Notes under the pieces: model-generated
What the model saw: only the letters and a program-made list of their open reading frames with translations
Database searches by the model: none
Told to the model about the DNA's origin: nothing
From: Enterobacteria phage Kha5h
Direction: 5' to 3' (one strand)
Sequence record: NC_054905.1
Length of the DNA stretch: 64,000 bases
Part shown: positions 36,752 to 48,765 of the stretch, one piece after another
Position numbering within the stretch: the first letter of the stretch is position 1
Layout: the number at the start of each line of letters is the position of its first letter
Program-made: the position numbers and the translations under genes

Positions 36752-38462
36752 TAACCTTAATTGGTTTGTTGGTGTTGTTGAAGATAGAATGGACCCATTA
36801 AAATTAGGTCGTGTTCGTGTTCGTGTGGTTGGTCTGCATCCACCTCAAAGAGCACAAGGTGATGTAATGGGTATTCCAACTGAAAAATTACCATGGATGT
36901 CAGTTATTCAACCTATAACTTCTGCAGCAATGTCAGGAATTGGAGGTTCTGTTACTGGACCGGTAGAAGGAACTAGAGTTTATGGTCATTTTTTAGACAA
37001 ATGGAAAACTAACGGAATTGTCCTTGGCACGTATGGTGGAATAGTTCGCGAAAAACCGAATAGACTTGAAGGATTTTCTGACCCAACTGGGCAATATCCT
37101 AGACGTTTAGGAAATGATACTAACGTATTAAACCAAGGCGGAGAAGTAGGATATGATTCCTCTTCTAACGTTATTCAAGATAGTAACTTAGACACTGCAA
37201 TAAATCCCGATGATAGACCACTATCAGAGATTCCAACCGATGATAATCCAAATATGTCAATGGCTGAAATGCTTCGCCGTGATGAAGGATTAAGACTAAA
37301 AGTTTATTGGGATACCGAAGGATATCCGACAATTGGTATTGGTCATCTTATCATGAAGCAGCCAGTTCGTGATATGGCTCAAATTAATAAAGTTTTATCA
37401 AAACAAGTTGGTCGTGAAATTACAGGAAATCCAGGTTCTATTACAATGGAAGAAGCGACAGCTTTATTTGAGCGTGATTTGGCTGATATGCAACGTGACA
37501 TTAAATCACATTCTAAAGTAGGACCAGTCTGGCAAGCTGTCAACCGTTCTCGTCAAATGGCATTAGAAAATATGGCATTTCAAATGGGTGTTGGCGGTGT
37601 AGCTAAATTTAACACTATGTTAACTGCTATGTTAGCAGGAGATTGGGAAAAAGCATATAAAGCCGGTCGTGATTCATTGTGGTATCAACAAACAAAAGGC
37701 CGTGCATCCCGTGTTACTATGATTATTCTTACGGGGAATTTGGAATCATATGGTGTTGAAGTGAAAACCCCAGCTAGGTCTCTATCAGCAATGGCTGCTA
37801 CTGTAGCTAAATCTTCTGACCCTGCTGATCCTCCTATTCCAAATGACTCGAGAATTTTATTCAAAGAACCAGTTTCTTCATATAAAGGTGAGTATCCTTA
37901 TGTGCATACGATGGAAACTGAAAGTGGACATATCCAAGAATTTGATGATACCCCTGGGCAAGAACGATACAGATTAGTTCATCCAACTGGAACTTATGAA
38001 GAAGTATCACCGTCAGGAAGAAGAACAAGAAAAACTGTTGATAATTTGTATGATATAACAAATGCTGATGGTAATTTTTTGGTAGCCGGTGATAAAAAGA
38101 CTAACGTCGGTGGATCAGAAATTTATTACAACATGGATAATCGTTTACATCAAATCGATGGAAGCAATACAATATTTGTACGTGGCGATGAAACTAAGAC
38201 GGTTGAAGGTAATGGAACTATCCTAGTTAAAGGTAATGTTACTATTGTAGTTGAAGGTAATGCTGACATTACAGTTAAAGGAGATGCTACCACTTTAGTT
38301 GAAGGTAATCAAACTAATACAGTAAATGGAAATCTTTCTTGGAAAGTTGCTGGGACAGTTGATTGGGACGTTGGTGGTGATTGGACAGAAAAAATGGCAT
38401 CTATGAGTTCTATTTCATCTGGTCAATACACAATTGATGGATCGAGGATTGACATTGGCTAA
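36735..38462 (+). CDS. 5: baseplate hub / tail-associated lysozyme gp5
   Basis: 575 aa; MEMISNNLNWFVGVVEDRMDPLKLG... matches T4 gp5; lysozyme domain and C-terminal VxGxxxxx beta-helix repeats. Confidence 0.95.
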   Translation: MEMISNNLNWFVGVVEDRMDPLKLGRVRVRVVGLHPPQRAQGDVMGIPTEKLPWMSVIQPITSAAMSGIGGSVTGPVEGTRVYGHFLDKWKTNGIVLGTYGGIVREKPNRLEGFSDPTGQYPRRLGNDTNVLNQGGEVGYDSSSNVIQDSNLDTAINPDDRPLSEIPTDDNPNMSMAEMLRRDEGLRLKVYWDTEGYPTIGIGHLIMKQPVRDMAQINKVLSKQVGREITGNPGSITMEEATALFERDLADMQRDIKSHSKVGPVWQAVNRSRQMALENMAFQMGVGGVAKFNTMLTAMLAGDWEKAYKAGRDSLWYQQTKGRASRVTMIILTGNLESYGVEVKTPARSLSAMAATVAKSSDPADPPIPNDSRILFKEPVSSYKGEYPYVHTMETESGHIQEFDDTPGQERYRLVHPTGTYEEVSPSGRRTRKTVDNLYDITNADGNFLVAGDKKTNVGGSEIYYNMDNRLHQIDGSNTIFVRGDETKTVEGNGTILVKGNVTIVVEGNADITVKGDATTLVEGNQTNTVNGNLSWKVAGTVDWDVGGDWTEKMASMSSISSGQYTIDGSRIDIG

Positions 38463-38496
38463 TATACTTCCAATGAGCGCTGATTTAGGAGAATCC

Positions 38497-38991
38497 ATGG
38501 AAGGTTCTTCTATCGACGTCACCTTTACCGCTCAATTAGAAACAGGTGAAACGTTAGTATCTATAAATATAACTAGTTACGAAGAAACTCCTGGGGTTTT
38601 AGTAGAAGAAAATCGCTTATACGGAACATATGAATCTGTATTTGGTTTTGGAAATGACGCGTTGAAATATCGTTTAAGTGATGAATTTAAAACTGCTGCT
38701 TCATGGGAAGAACTTCCTACTGATTCTGACACTCAGTTGTATTTGTGGAAAGCTCCTAAAAACCTCCAGAAGACATTTACTTACGAAGTAACATTAATAT
38801 ATGACTACCAAGAACAAAGTGAATCTGGAGGTTCTGGCAGTAATTCTAGGTCATCTTCTGATACTACTGAACCAACGGATCCTCCTGCTCCAGTAAGAAA
38901 AACTCTCGTTAAAAATTATACTAAAACTATAGTTGGAAATTGGAGTCGTTGGGCTAATAAATTGAGAAGCTATGTATATGAGAGGCCATAA
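38497..38991 (+). CDS. hypothetical protein at the T4 5.1 position (start uncertain)
   Basis: ORF track 38434..38991; most plausible start ATG 38497 behind AGGAG SD. Confidence 0.5.
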   Translation: MEGSSIDVTFTAQLETGETLVSINITSYEETPGVLVEENRLYGTYESVFGFGNDALKYRLSDEFKTAASWEELPTDSDTQLYLWKAPKNLQKTFTYEVTLIYDYQEQSESGGSGSNSRSSSDTTEPTDPPAPVRKTLVKNYTKTIVGNWSRWANKLRSYVYERP

Positions 38992-39285
38992 ATGTCAGGA
39001 TTAAGTTATGATAAGTGTGTTACTGCTGGCCATGAAGCGTGGCCTCCAACAGTTGTGAATGCTACACAAAGTAAAGTATTCACTGGAGGAATTGCTGTTC
39101 TAATAGCAGGCGATCCAATTACAGAACATACAGAAATTAAAAAGCCATATGAAACACATGGCGGAGTGACACAACCTAGAACATCTAAGGTATATGTCAC
39201 GGGAAAGAAAGCTGTTCAAATGGCTGATCCAATATCATGCGGTGATACTGTGGCTCAGGCATCATCTAAAGTATTCATTAAATAG
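38992..39285 (+). CDS. 5.4: PAAR-repeat spike-tip protein gp5.4
   Basis: 97 aa, as T4 gp5.4; position between 5 and 6. Confidence 0.8.
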   Translation: MSGLSYDKCVTAGHEAWPPTVVNATQSKVFTGGIAVLIAGDPITEHTEIKKPYETHGGVTQPRTSKVYVTGKKAVQMADPISCGDTVAQASSKVFIK

Positions 39286-39293
39286 GATTTAAA

Positions 39294-41276
39294 ATGGCAA
39301 ATACCCCTGTAAATTATCAATTAACAAGAACAGCAAATGCTATTCCCGAGATATTCGTCGGGGGTACGTTTGCTGAAATAAAACAAAACCTCATTGAATG
39401 GCTTAATGGCCAAAATGAATTTTTGGATTATGATTTTGAAGGCTCAAGATTAAACGTTCTGTGTGACCTTTTGGCTTATAATACATTGTACATTCAGCAA
39501 TTTGGTAATGCTGCTGTGTATGAAAGCTTTATGCGTACTGCTAACTTACGAAGTTCAGTTGTTCAAGCTGCACAAGATAACGGATATTTACCTACTTCAA
39601 AATCAGCTGCTCAAACTGAAATTATGCTAACTTGCACAGACGCATTGAATAGAAATTACATTACTATTCCTCGTGGTACTCGCTTTTTAGCATATGCAAA
39701 AGATACTTCTGTTAATCCATATAACTTCGTTTCTACCGAAGACGTTATTGCTATTCGTGATAAAAATAACCAATATTTTCCACGTTTAAAATTGGCCCAG
39801 GGACGTATAGTAAGAACTGAAATCATTTATGATAAATTAACACCTATTATCATTTATGATAAAAATATTGATAGAAACCAGGTTAAATTATATGTTGATG
39901 GAGCGGAATGGATTAACTGGACGAGAAAGTCAATGGTTCATGCTGGTTCAACATCAACGATTTACTATATGCGTGAAACTATTGATGGAAACACTGAATT
40001 CTATTTTGGCGAAGGTGAAATTTCTGTTAATGCTTCTGAAGGAGCTTTGACCGCTAATTATATCGGAGGTCTTAAACCTACCCAGAACTCTACGATTGTT
40101 ATTGAGTACATCAGTACTAACGGTGCAGATGCGAATGGCGCAGTCGGATTTTCATATGCAGATACATTAACAAATATAACTGTCATCAATATTAATGAAA
40201 ATCCAAACGACGACCCAGATTTTGTCGGAGCAGATGGCGGCGGTGATCCAGAAGATATTGAACGTATTCGTGAATTGGGTACTATTAAGCGTGAAACTCA
40301 GCAGCGATGTGTAACTGCGACAGATTATGATACATTTGTCTCAGAAAGATTTGGTTCTATTATTCAAGCCGTTCAGACTTTCACTGATTCTACTAAACCT
40401 GGTTATGCATTTATTGCTGCTAAACCCAAATCAGGATTGTATTTAACTACTGTGCAGCGTGAAGATATTAAAAATTATCTCAAAGATTATAATTTAGCAC
40501 CTATTACACCATCAATTATTTCTCCTAATTATCTTTTCATTAAGACTAATTTAAAAGTCACATATGCTTTAAATAAGCTGCAAGAATCTGAACAGTGGCT
40601 TGAAGGTCAAATAATTGATAAAATTGATCGTTATTATACCGAAGATGTAGAAATTTTTAACTCGTCTTTTGCCAAGTCTAAGATGTTGACATATGTAGAT
40701 GATGCAGATCATTCTATCATTGGTTCATCAGCGACAATTCAAATTGTTCGTGAAGTACAAAACTTCTATAAAACGCCTGAAGCAGGTATTAAATACAATA
40801 ATCAAATAAAAGATCGTTCTATGGAATCTAATACGTTTTCATTTAATTCTGGACGAAAGGTTGTAAATCCTGATACTGGTTTAGAAGAAGATGTATTATA
40901 TGACGTTCGTATAGTATCAACAGACCGAGATTCTAAAGGAATTGGTAAAGTTATTATTGGTCCATTTGCTTCTGGCGATGTTACAGAAAATGAAAACATT
41001 CAGCCGTATACAGGCAACGATTTTAACAAATTAGCAAATTCTGATGGACGCGACAAATATTATGTTATCGGTGAAATAAATTATCCAGCTGACATGATTT
41101 ATTGGAATATCGCTAAAATTAATTTAACATCTGAAAAATTTGAAGTTCAGACTATTGAATTATATTCTGACCCAACCGATGATGTTATCTTTACTCGCGA
41201 TGGTTCACTGATTGTATTTGAAAATGACTTACGTCCACAATACTTAACTATCGATTTGGAGCCTATATCACAATGA
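39294..41276 (+). CDS. 6: baseplate wedge protein gp6
   Basis: 660 aa; synteny; T4 gp6 length. Confidence 0.9.
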   Translation: MANTPVNYQLTRTANAIPEIFVGGTFAEIKQNLIEWLNGQNEFLDYDFEGSRLNVLCDLLAYNTLYIQQFGNAAVYESFMRTANLRSSVVQAAQDNGYLPTSKSAAQTEIMLTCTDALNRNYITIPRGTRFLAYAKDTSVNPYNFVSTEDVIAIRDKNNQYFPRLKLAQGRIVRTEIIYDKLTPIIIYDKNIDRNQVKLYVDGAEWINWTRKSMVHAGSTSTIYYMRETIDGNTEFYFGEGEISVNASEGALTANYIGGLKPTQNSTIVIEYISTNGADANGAVGFSYADTLTNITVININENPNDDPDFVGADGGGDPEDIERIRELGTIKRETQQRCVTATDYDTFVSERFGSIIQAVQTFTDSTKPGYAFIAAKPKSGLYLTTVQREDIKNYLKDYNLAPITPSIISPNYLFIKTNLKVTYALNKLQESEQWLEGQIIDKIDRYYTEDVEIFNSSFAKSKMLTYVDDADHSIIGSSATIQIVREVQNFYKTPEAGIKYNNQIKDRSMESNTFSFNSGRKVVNPDTGLEEDVLYDVRIVSTDRDSKGIGKVIIGPFASGDVTENENIQPYTGNDFNKLANSDGRDKYYVIGEINYPADMIYWNIAKINLTSEKFEVQTIELYSDPTDDVIFTRDGSLIVFENDLRPQYLTIDLEPISQ

Positions 41277-44200
41277 CAGTAAAAGCACCTTCAGTCACTA
41301 GTCTCAGAATTTCCAAGTTATCCGCAAATCAGGTGCAAGTACGCTGGGATGACGTTGGTGCTAATTTCTACTATTTTGTAGAAATCGCTGAGACAAAAAC
41401 AGACTCGGGGGAAAAACTCCCGAGTAATCAATACAGATGGATTAATTTAGGATATACAGCAAATAATAGTTTCTTTTTTGATGATGCTGATCCATTAACA
41501 ACATACATTATTAGAGTAGCCACAGCTGCGCAAGATTTTGAGCAGTCTGATTGGATTTATACCGAAGAGTTTGAAACTTTTGCTACAAATGCTTATACAT
41601 TTCAAAACATGATTGAAATGCAATTAGCCAATAAATTCATTCAGGAAAAATTTACTCTTAATAATTCTGATTATGTTAATTTTAATAATGACACTATAAT
41701 GGCTGCATTGATGAATGAATCATTTCAATTCAGCCCATCATATGTTGATGTTTCATCAATAAGTAATTTTATTATTGGTGAAAATGAGTATCATGAAATA
41801 CAGGGCTCTATTCAGCAGGTATGTAAGGATATTAACCGAGTTTATTTGATGGAATCAGAAGGGATTCTATATCTTTTTGAGCGTTATCAACCTGTAGTTA
41901 AAGTATCCAATGATAAAGGACAAACCTGGAAAGCTGTAAAGCTCTTCAATGACCGCGTAGGATATCCTTTATCTAAGACAGTATATTACCAATCTGCGAA
42001 CACAACATACGTTCTAGGATACGACAAGATTTTCTATGGCCGCAAATCTACTGATGTTAGATGGTCAGCTGACGATGTCAGATTTAGTTCTCAGGATATA
42101 ACATTTGCTAAACTTGGCGACCAATTACATTTAGGATTTGATGTAGAAATTTTTGCCACTTACGCGACTTTACCAGCGAATGTATATCGCATTGCAGAAG
42201 CTATTACTTGCACCGATGATTACATTTACGTTGTCGCCAGAGACAAAGTTAGATACATAAAAACGAGCAATGCACCTATAGATTCTGATCCATTATCTCC
42301 AACATATTCGGAAAGGCTTTTTGAACCTGATACAATGACTATAACCGGAAATCCTAAAGCAGTATGCTATAAAATGGATTCTATCGGTGATAAAGTTTTT
42401 GCTCTTATTATTGGTGAAGTTGAAACATTAAATGCTAATCCTAGAACATCAAAAATAATTGATTCTGCTGATAAAGGAATATATGTTTTAAATCACGACA
42501 CAAAAACGTGGAAAAGAGTTTTTGGCAACACTGAAGAAGAAAGAAGACGTATTCAACCGGGGTATGCGAATATGTCAACTGATGGTAAATTAGTTTCTCT
42601 ATCATCGAGTAATTTTAAATTTTTAAGTGATAATGTTGTTAATGACCCTGAAACTGCCGCAAAATATCAGTTAATCGGTGCTGTTAAATATGAATTTCCT
42701 CGTGAATGGTTAGCTGATAAGCATTATCATATGATGGCATTTATAGCAGATGAAAAGTCTGATTGGGAAACTTTTACTCCTCAGCCGATGAAATACTACG
42801 CAGAACCGTTCTTTAACTGGTCTAAAAAATCTAACACACGTTGTTGGATAAACAACTCTGATAGGGTTGTAGTAGTTTATGCTGATTTAAAATACACCAA
42901 GGTTATAGAAAATATTCCTGAAACATCACCAGATAGATTAGTTCATGAATACTGGGATGATGGCGATTGTACTATAGTAATGCCAAATGTTAAATTCACT
43001 GGATTTAAAAAATATGCATCTGGGATGCTTTTCTATAAAGCTTCTGGTGAAATAATTTCTTACTATGATTTTAACTATCGTGTTAGAGACACTGTCGAAA
43101 TTATTTGGAAGCCAACTGAAGTATTTTTAAAAGCATTTTTACAAAACCAAGAGCATGAAACTCCTTGGTCGCCTGAAGAAGAGCGTGGATTAGCTGACCC
43201 TGATTTAAGACCATTGATTGGCACAATGATGCCTGATTCTTATTTGTTACAGGATTCTAATTTTGAGGCATTTTGCGAAGCATATATTCAGTATCTTTCT
43301 GATGGATATGGAACTCAGTATAACAATTTACGAAATTTAATTCGTAACAAATATCCACGAGAAGAGCATGCATGGGAATATTTGTGGTCAGAGATATATA
43401 AAAGAAACATTTATTTAAATGCTGACAAACGTGATGCTGTTACAAGATTTTTTGAATCACGTAGCTATGATTTTTATTCTACTAAAGGAATTGAAGCATC
43501 ATACAAATTTCTTTTTAAAGTTCTTTATAATGAAGAGGTTGAAATTGAAATTGAATCTGGGGCTGGTACTGAATATGATATAATCGTTCAATCTGATTCT
43601 TTGACTGAAGACTTAGTAGGACAAACGATTTATACAGCCACAGGAAGATGTAATGTTACTTATATAGAAAGAAGCTATTCTAATGGTAAATTGCAATGGA
43701 CCGTAACTATTCATAATCTTTTGGGAAGATTGATTGCCGGTCAAGAAGTTAAAGCAGAAAGACTTCCTAGTTTTGAAGGCGAAATTATTCGTGGAGTTAA
43801 AGGGAAGGATTTGCTTCAAAATAATATAGACTATATTAATAGAAGTCGGTCATATTATGTAATGAAAATTAAATCCAATTTGCCTTCTTCCCGCTGGAAA
43901 TCTGACGTTATTCGTTTTGTTCATCCAGTAGGATTTGGATTTATAGCAATTACCCTTTTAACAATGTTTATTAATGTTGGTTTAACTCTTAAACACACAG
44001 AGACTATAATTAATAAATACAAAAACTATAAATGGGATTCTGGATTGCCTACTGAATATGCTGATAGAGTAGCTAAATTAACTCCAACCGGTGAAATTGA
44101 GCATGATTCAGTAACAGGCGAAGCAATTTATGAGCCTGGCCCAATGGCTGGCGTAGAATATCCTCTTCCTGATGACTATAATGCTGAAAATAACAATTCA

Positions 44201-44371
44201 ATATTTCAAGGTCAATTGCCGTCTGAACGACGCAAATTAATGAGTCCTTTATTTGATGCATCTGGAACAACATTTGCGCAATTTAGGGATTTAGTTAATA
44301 AACGTCTAAAAGATAATATAGGAAATCCAAGAGACCCTGAAAATCCAACACAGGTTAAAATAGATGAATGA
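41273..44371 (+). CDS. 7: baseplate wedge protein gp7
   Basis: 1032 aa; synteny; T4 gp7 length. Confidence 0.9.
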   Translation: MTVKAPSVTSLRISKLSANQVQVRWDDVGANFYYFVEIAETKTDSGEKLPSNQYRWINLGYTANNSFFFDDADPLTTYIIRVATAAQDFEQSDWIYTEEFETFATNAYTFQNMIEMQLANKFIQEKFTLNNSDYVNFNNDTIMAALMNESFQFSPSYVDVSSISNFIIGENEYHEIQGSIQQVCKDINRVYLMESEGILYLFERYQPVVKVSNDKGQTWKAVKLFNDRVGYPLSKTVYYQSANTTYVLGYDKIFYGRKSTDVRWSADDVRFSSQDITFAKLGDQLHLGFDVEIFATYATLPANVYRIAEAITCTDDYIYVVARDKVRYIKTSNAPIDSDPLSPTYSERLFEPDTMTITGNPKAVCYKMDSIGDKVFALIIGEVETLNANPRTSKIIDSADKGIYVLNHDTKTWKRVFGNTEEERRRIQPGYANMSTDGKLVSLSSSNFKFLSDNVVNDPETAAKYQLIGAVKYEFPREWLADKHYHMMAFIADEKSDWETFTPQPMKYYAEPFFNWSKKSNTRCWINNSDRVVVVYADLKYTKVIENIPETSPDRLVHEYWDDGDCTIVMPNVKFTGFKKYASGMLFYKASGEIISYYDFNYRVRDTVEIIWKPTEVFLKAFLQNQEHETPWSPEEERGLADPDLRPLIGTMMPDSYLLQDSNFEAFCEAYIQYLSDGYGTQYNNLRNLIRNKYPREEHAWEYLWSEIYKRNIYLNADKRDAVTRFFESRSYDFYSTKGIEASYKFLFKVLYNEEVEIEIESGAGTEYDIIVQSDSLTEDLVGQTIYTATGRCNVTYIERSYSNGKLQWTVTIHNLLGRLIAGQEVKAERLPSFEGEIIRGVKGKDLLQNNIDYINRSRSYYVMKIKSNLPSSRWKSDVIRFVHPVGFGFIAITLLTMFINVGLTLKHTETIINKYKNYKWDSGLPTEYADRVAKLTPTGEIEHDSVTGEAIYEPGPMAGVEYPLPDDYNAENNNSIFQGQLPSERRKLMSPLFDASGTTFAQFRDLVNKRLKDNIGNPRDPENPTQVKIDE

Positions 44372-45368
44372 TTCAAGTGTTATCTATCGTGCGATAGTTA
44401 CTTCAAAATTTAGAACAGAAAAAATGTTGAATTTTTATAATTCAATTGGAAGTGGTCCGGATAAAAACACTATCTTTATCACATTTGGAAGATCAGAACC
44501 GTGGTCATCAAATGAAAATGAGGTGGGCTTTGCTCCACCTTATCCAACTGATTCTGTATTAGGCGTAACTGACATGTGGACGCATATGATGGGAACCGTA
44601 AAGGTTCTTCCATCTATGCTTGATGCAGTTATTCCTCGTAGAGATTGGGGAGATACTAGATATCCGGATCCATATACATTTAGAATTAACGATATTGTAG
44701 TGTGTAACTCAGCTCCTTACAATGCTACTGAATCAGGCGCAGGCTGGTTAGTATATCGCTGTTTAGATGTTCCTGACACAGGAATGTGTTCAATTGAGTC
44801 TTTAACTAATAAGGATGAATGCCTTAAGTTAGGTGGAAAATGGACTCCTTCTGTTAGGTCAATGACTCCTCCTGAAGGTCGAGGAGACGCGGAAGGAACA
44901 ATCGAACCAGGAGACGGATATGTTTGGGAATATCTTTTTGAGATTCCGCCTGATGTATCTATAAATAGATGCACGAATGAATATATCGTGGTTCCTTGGC
45001 CTGAGGAATTAAAAGAAGACCCGGCTAGATGGGGGTATGAAGATAATCTCACCTGGCAACAAGATGATTTTGGATTAATTTACCGTGTTAAGGCAAATAC
45101 TATCCGTTTTAAAGCATATTTAGATTCAGTTTATTTTCCAGAAGCTGCATTGCCGGGAAATAAAGGATTTAGACAAATATCAATAATCACGAATCCTCTT
45201 GAAGCTAAAGCTCATCCAAATGACCCAAACGTTAAAGCTGAAAAGGATTATTATGATCCGGAAGATTTAATGAGGCATTCGGGCGAAATGATTTATATGG
45301 AAAATAGGCCACCTATTATCATGGCAATGGATCAAACAGAAGAAATCAATATTCTGTTTACATTTTAA
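44364..45368 (+). CDS. 8: baseplate wedge protein gp8
   Basis: 334 aa; synteny; followed by terminator. Confidence 0.9.
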   Translation: MNDSSVIYRAIVTSKFRTEKMLNFYNSIGSGPDKNTIFITFGRSEPWSSNENEVGFAPPYPTDSVLGVTDMWTHMMGTVKVLPSMLDAVIPRRDWGDTRYPDPYTFRINDIVVCNSAPYNATESGAGWLVYRCLDVPDTGMCSIESLTNKDECLKLGGKWTPSVRSMTPPEGRGDAEGTIEPGDGYVWEYLFEIPPDVSINRCTNEYIVVPWPEELKEDPARWGYEDNLTWQQDDFGLIYRVKANTIRFKAYLDSVYFPEAALPGNKGFRQISIITNPLEAKAHPNDPNVKAEKDYYDPEDLMRHSGEMIYMENRPPIIMAMDQTEEINILFTF

Positions 45369-45373
45369 CTTAA

Positions 45374-45400
45374 GGGAGCCCATGGGCTCCCTTTTTCTTT
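45374..45400 (+). terminator. intrinsic terminator after gene 8
   Basis: hairpin GGGAGCCCATGGGCTCCC followed by TTTTTCTTT. Confidence 0.75.
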
Positions 45401-45407
45401 ATAAATA
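45400..45407 (+). promoter_or_regulatory. late promoter for gene 9
   Basis: TATAAATA right after the gp8 terminator. Confidence 0.65.
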
Positions 45408-45431
45408 CTATAAACTCATAAGGAAACCGCT

Positions 45432-46298
45432 ATGTTCATTCAAGAACCAAAGAAATTGATTGATACCGGCGAAATTGGTAACGCTTCTACTGGTGATATC
45501 TTATTCGACGGTGGTAATAAAATTAATAGTGATTTTAACGCAATTTATAATGCGTTTGGCGATCAACGTAAAATGGCAGTAGCAAATGGAACTGGAGCAG
45601 ATGGCCAAATTATCCATGCTACCGGATATTATCAAAAACACTCTATTGCAGAGTACGCAACTCCAGTAAAAGTTGGCACTAGGCATGATATTGATACCTC
45701 TACTGTAGGTGTTAAAGTTATCATTGAAAGAGGCGAACTTGGCGACTGCGTTGAATTTATTAACTCAAATGGATCTATATCAGTTACTAATCCTTTAACA
45801 ATTCAAGCCATTGATTCAATTAAAGGTGTTTCGGGTAATTTAGTAGTAACTAGCCCATATAGTAAAGTTACTTTACGCTGTATTTCATCTGATAATTCTA
45901 CGTCGGTTTGGAATTATTCTATTGAAAGTATGTTTGGACAAAAGGAATCACCAGCTGAAGGTACATGGAATATTTCTACATCTGGATCAGTTGATATTCC
46001 ACTATTTCATCGCACTGAATACAATATGGCTAAATTACTAGTTACATGCCAATCGGTAGATGGAAGAAAAATTAAAACAGCAGAAATAAATATTCTTGTG
46101 GATACTGTCAATTCAGAGGTAATTTCTTCTGAATATGCTGTCATGCGAGTTGGGAATGAAACCGAAGAAGACGAAATCGCTAATATTGCATTTAGTATTA
46201 AAGAAAATTACGTAACGGCGACTATAAGTTCTTCAACTGTCGGTATGAGAGCAGCAGTTAAAGTTATCGCTACGCAGAAAATCGGGGTGGCTCAATAA
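45432..46298 (+). CDS. 9: baseplate wedge / long-tail-fibre socket gp9
   Basis: 288 aa; TATAAATA late promoter upstream; synteny. Confidence 0.9.
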   Translation: MFIQEPKKLIDTGEIGNASTGDILFDGGNKINSDFNAIYNAFGDQRKMAVANGTGADGQIIHATGYYQKHSIAEYATPVKVGTRHDIDTSTVGVKVIIERGELGDCVEFINSNGSISVTNPLTIQAIDSIKGVSGNLVVTSPYSKVTLRCISSDNSTSVWNYSIESMFGQKESPAEGTWNISTSGSVDIPLFHRTEYNMAKLLVTCQSVDGRKIKTAEINILVDTVNSEVISSEYAVMRVGNETEEDEIANIAFSIKENYVTATISSSTVGMRAAVKVIATQKIGVAQ

Positions 46299-48106
46299 TG
46301 AAACAAAATATTAATATCGGTAATGTTGTAGATGATGGTACCGGTGACTACCTGCGTAAAGGTGGTATAAAAATAAATGAAAACTTTGATGAGCTTTATT
46401 ATGAACTCGGTGATGGTGATGTTCCATATTCAGCCGGTGCCTGGAAAACTTATAATGCTTCATCAGGACAAACATTAACAGCAGAATGGGGAAAATCGTA
46501 CGCTATTAATACATCTTCTGGAAGAGTGACTATAAATCTTCCAAAGGGCACAGTTAATGATTACAACAAGGTAATTAGAGCTAGAGACGTATTTGCTACA
46601 TGGAACGTCAACCCAGTTACACTAGTAGCTGCTTCCGGCGATACGATTAAAGGGTCTGCAGTACCAGTTGAAATTAATGTTCAATTCAGCGATTTAGAAC
46701 TAGTGTATTGTGCCCCAGGACGTTGGGAATATGTCAAAAATAAACAAATTGACAAAATTACCAGTTCAGACATTAGTAATGTAGCTCGTAAAGAATTTTT
46801 AGTTGAAGTTCAAGGACAAACGGACTTTTTAGATGTTTTCCGTGGAACTAGTTATAATGTAAATAACATCAGAGTAAAACATCGTGGTAACGAATTATAT
46901 TACGGCGATGTGTTTAGCGAAAACAGTGATTTTGGCTCTCCAGGCGAAAATGAAGGAGAACTGGTTCCTCTTGATGGATTTAATATTCGATTAAGACAGC
47001 CTTGTAATATTGGTGACACTGTTCAAATTGAAACATTTATGGATGGTGTATCGCAGTGGAGAAGTTCATATACAAGACGTCAAATTAGATTGTTAGATTC
47101 AAAATTAACGTCAAAAACTTCTCTAGAAGGAAGTATTTACGTTACTGATTTATCAACAATGAAATCAATTCCATTTTCTGCTTTTGGATTAATTCCAGGA
47201 GAACCTATTAATCCTAACTCTCTTGAGGTTCGTTTTAATGGGATTTTGCAGGAATTGGCTGGCACAGTTGGAATGCCATTATTTCATTGTGTTGGTGCCG
47301 ATTCAGACGATGAAGTAGAATGCTCTGTTTTAGGTGGAACTTGGGAACAATCTCATACCGATTATTCAGTTGAAACTGATGAAAACGGCATACCGGAAAT
47401 TTTACATTTCGATAGAGTATTTGAGCATGGTGACATTATCAATATCACCTGGTTTAATAATGATTTGGGTACATTATTAACAAAAGATGAGATTATTGAT
47501 GAAACTGATAATCTTTATGTATCGCAAGGACCAGGGGTAGATATTTCCGGTGATGTAAATTTAACAGACTTCGATAAAATTGGTTGGCCAAATGTAGAAG
47601 CAGTTCAATCTTATCAACGCGAATTTAATGCTGTTTCAAATATCTTTGATACGATTTATCCTATTGGAACTATATATGAAAACGCTGTTAATCCAAACAA
47701 CCCTGTTACATATATGGGATTCGGCTCATGGAAATTATTTGGGCAAGGAAAAGTTTTAGTTGGATGGAATGAAGATATTTCGGATCCGAATTTTGCTCTA
47801 AATAACAATGATTTAGATTCTGGCGGAAATCCTTCGCATACTGCAGGTGGAACAGGTGGTTCTACTTCTGTTACATTGGAAAATGCTAATCTTCCTGCAA
47901 CTGAAACAGATGAAGAAGTTCTAATAGTTGATGAAAATGGATCAGTCATTGTTGGTGGGTGTCAATACGATCCAGATGAATCCGGTCCAATCTACACTAA
48001 ATACCGTGAAGCTAAAGCATCTACTAACTCTACTCACACTCCGCCAACATCAATAACTAACATTCAACCATATATTACAGTTTATCGTTGGATAAGGATT
48101 GCATAA
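46298..48106 (+). CDS. 10: baseplate wedge protein gp10
   Basis: 602 aa; synteny. Confidence 0.9.
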   Translation: MKQNINIGNVVDDGTGDYLRKGGIKINENFDELYYELGDGDVPYSAGAWKTYNASSGQTLTAEWGKSYAINTSSGRVTINLPKGTVNDYNKVIRARDVFATWNVNPVTLVAASGDTIKGSAVPVEINVQFSDLELVYCAPGRWEYVKNKQIDKITSSDISNVARKEFLVEVQGQTDFLDVFRGTSYNVNNIRVKHRGNELYYGDVFSENSDFGSPGENEGELVPLDGFNIRLRQPCNIGDTVQIETFMDGVSQWRSSYTRRQIRLLDSKLTSKTSLEGSIYVTDLSTMKSIPFSAFGLIPGEPINPNSLEVRFNGILQELAGTVGMPLFHCVGADSDDEVECSVLGGTWEQSHTDYSVETDENGIPEILHFDRVFEHGDIINITWFNNDLGTLLTKDEIIDETDNLYVSQGPGVDISGDVNLTDFDKIGWPNVEAVQSYQREFNAVSNIFDTIYPIGTIYENAVNPNNPVTYMGFGSWKLFGQGKVLVGWNEDISDPNFALNNNDLDSGGNPSHTAGGTGGSTSVTLENANLPATETDEEVLIVDENGSVIVGGCQYDPDESGPIYTKYREAKASTNSTHTPPTSITNIQPYITVYRWIRIA

Positions 48107-48765
48107 TGAGTTTACTTAATAATAAAGCGGGAGTTATTTCCCGCTTAGCCGATTTTCTTGGTTTTAGACCTAAAGCTGGTAATATAGATGTAATGAATCG
48201 TCAATCAGTTGGGTCAGTGACAATTTCTCAATTAGCGAAAGGATTTTATGAACCAAACGTAGAATCAGCTATTAATGACGTTCATAATTTTTCTATAAAA
48301 GACGTTGGTACAATTATTACTAATAAAACTGGTGTTTCGCCTGAGGGTGTTTCTCAAACTGATTATTGGGCATTTTCGGGAACGGTAACAGACGATTCGC
48401 TTCCTCCTGGTTCTCCTGTTACTGTATTAGTATTTGGTCTTCCAGTTTCAGCAACTACTGGAATGACGGCAATTGAGTTTGTTGCAAAAGTTCGTGTTGC
48501 CCTTCAAGAAGCTATTGCGTCATTTACTGCTATCAACTCATATAAAGACCATCCAACAGATGGTAGTAAATTAGAAGTTACTTATTTAGATAATCAAAAA
48601 CATGTATTAAGCACATATTCTACATATGGAATAACTATTTCACAGGAAATTATTTCTGAGTCTAAACCTGGCTACGGTACATGGAATTTATTAGGCGCAC
48701 AAACTGTAACTTTAGATAATCAGCAGACTCCTACAGTATTTTATCATTTTGAGAGAACAGCATGA
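48106..48765 (+). CDS. 11: baseplate wedge protein gp11
   Basis: 219 aa from ATG 48106 ([17 protein letters not shown]...) overlapping the gp10 stop. Confidence 0.9.
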   Translation: MSLLNNKAGVISRLADFLGFRPKAGNIDVMNRQSVGSVTISQLAKGFYEPNVESAINDVHNFSIKDVGTIITNKTGVSPEGVSQTDYWAFSGTVTDDSLPPGSPVTVLVFGLPVSATTGMTAIEFVAKVRVALQEAIASFTAINSYKDHPTDGSKLEVTYLDNQKHVLSTYSTYGITISQEIISESKPGYGTWNLLGAQTVTLDNQQTPTVFYHFERTA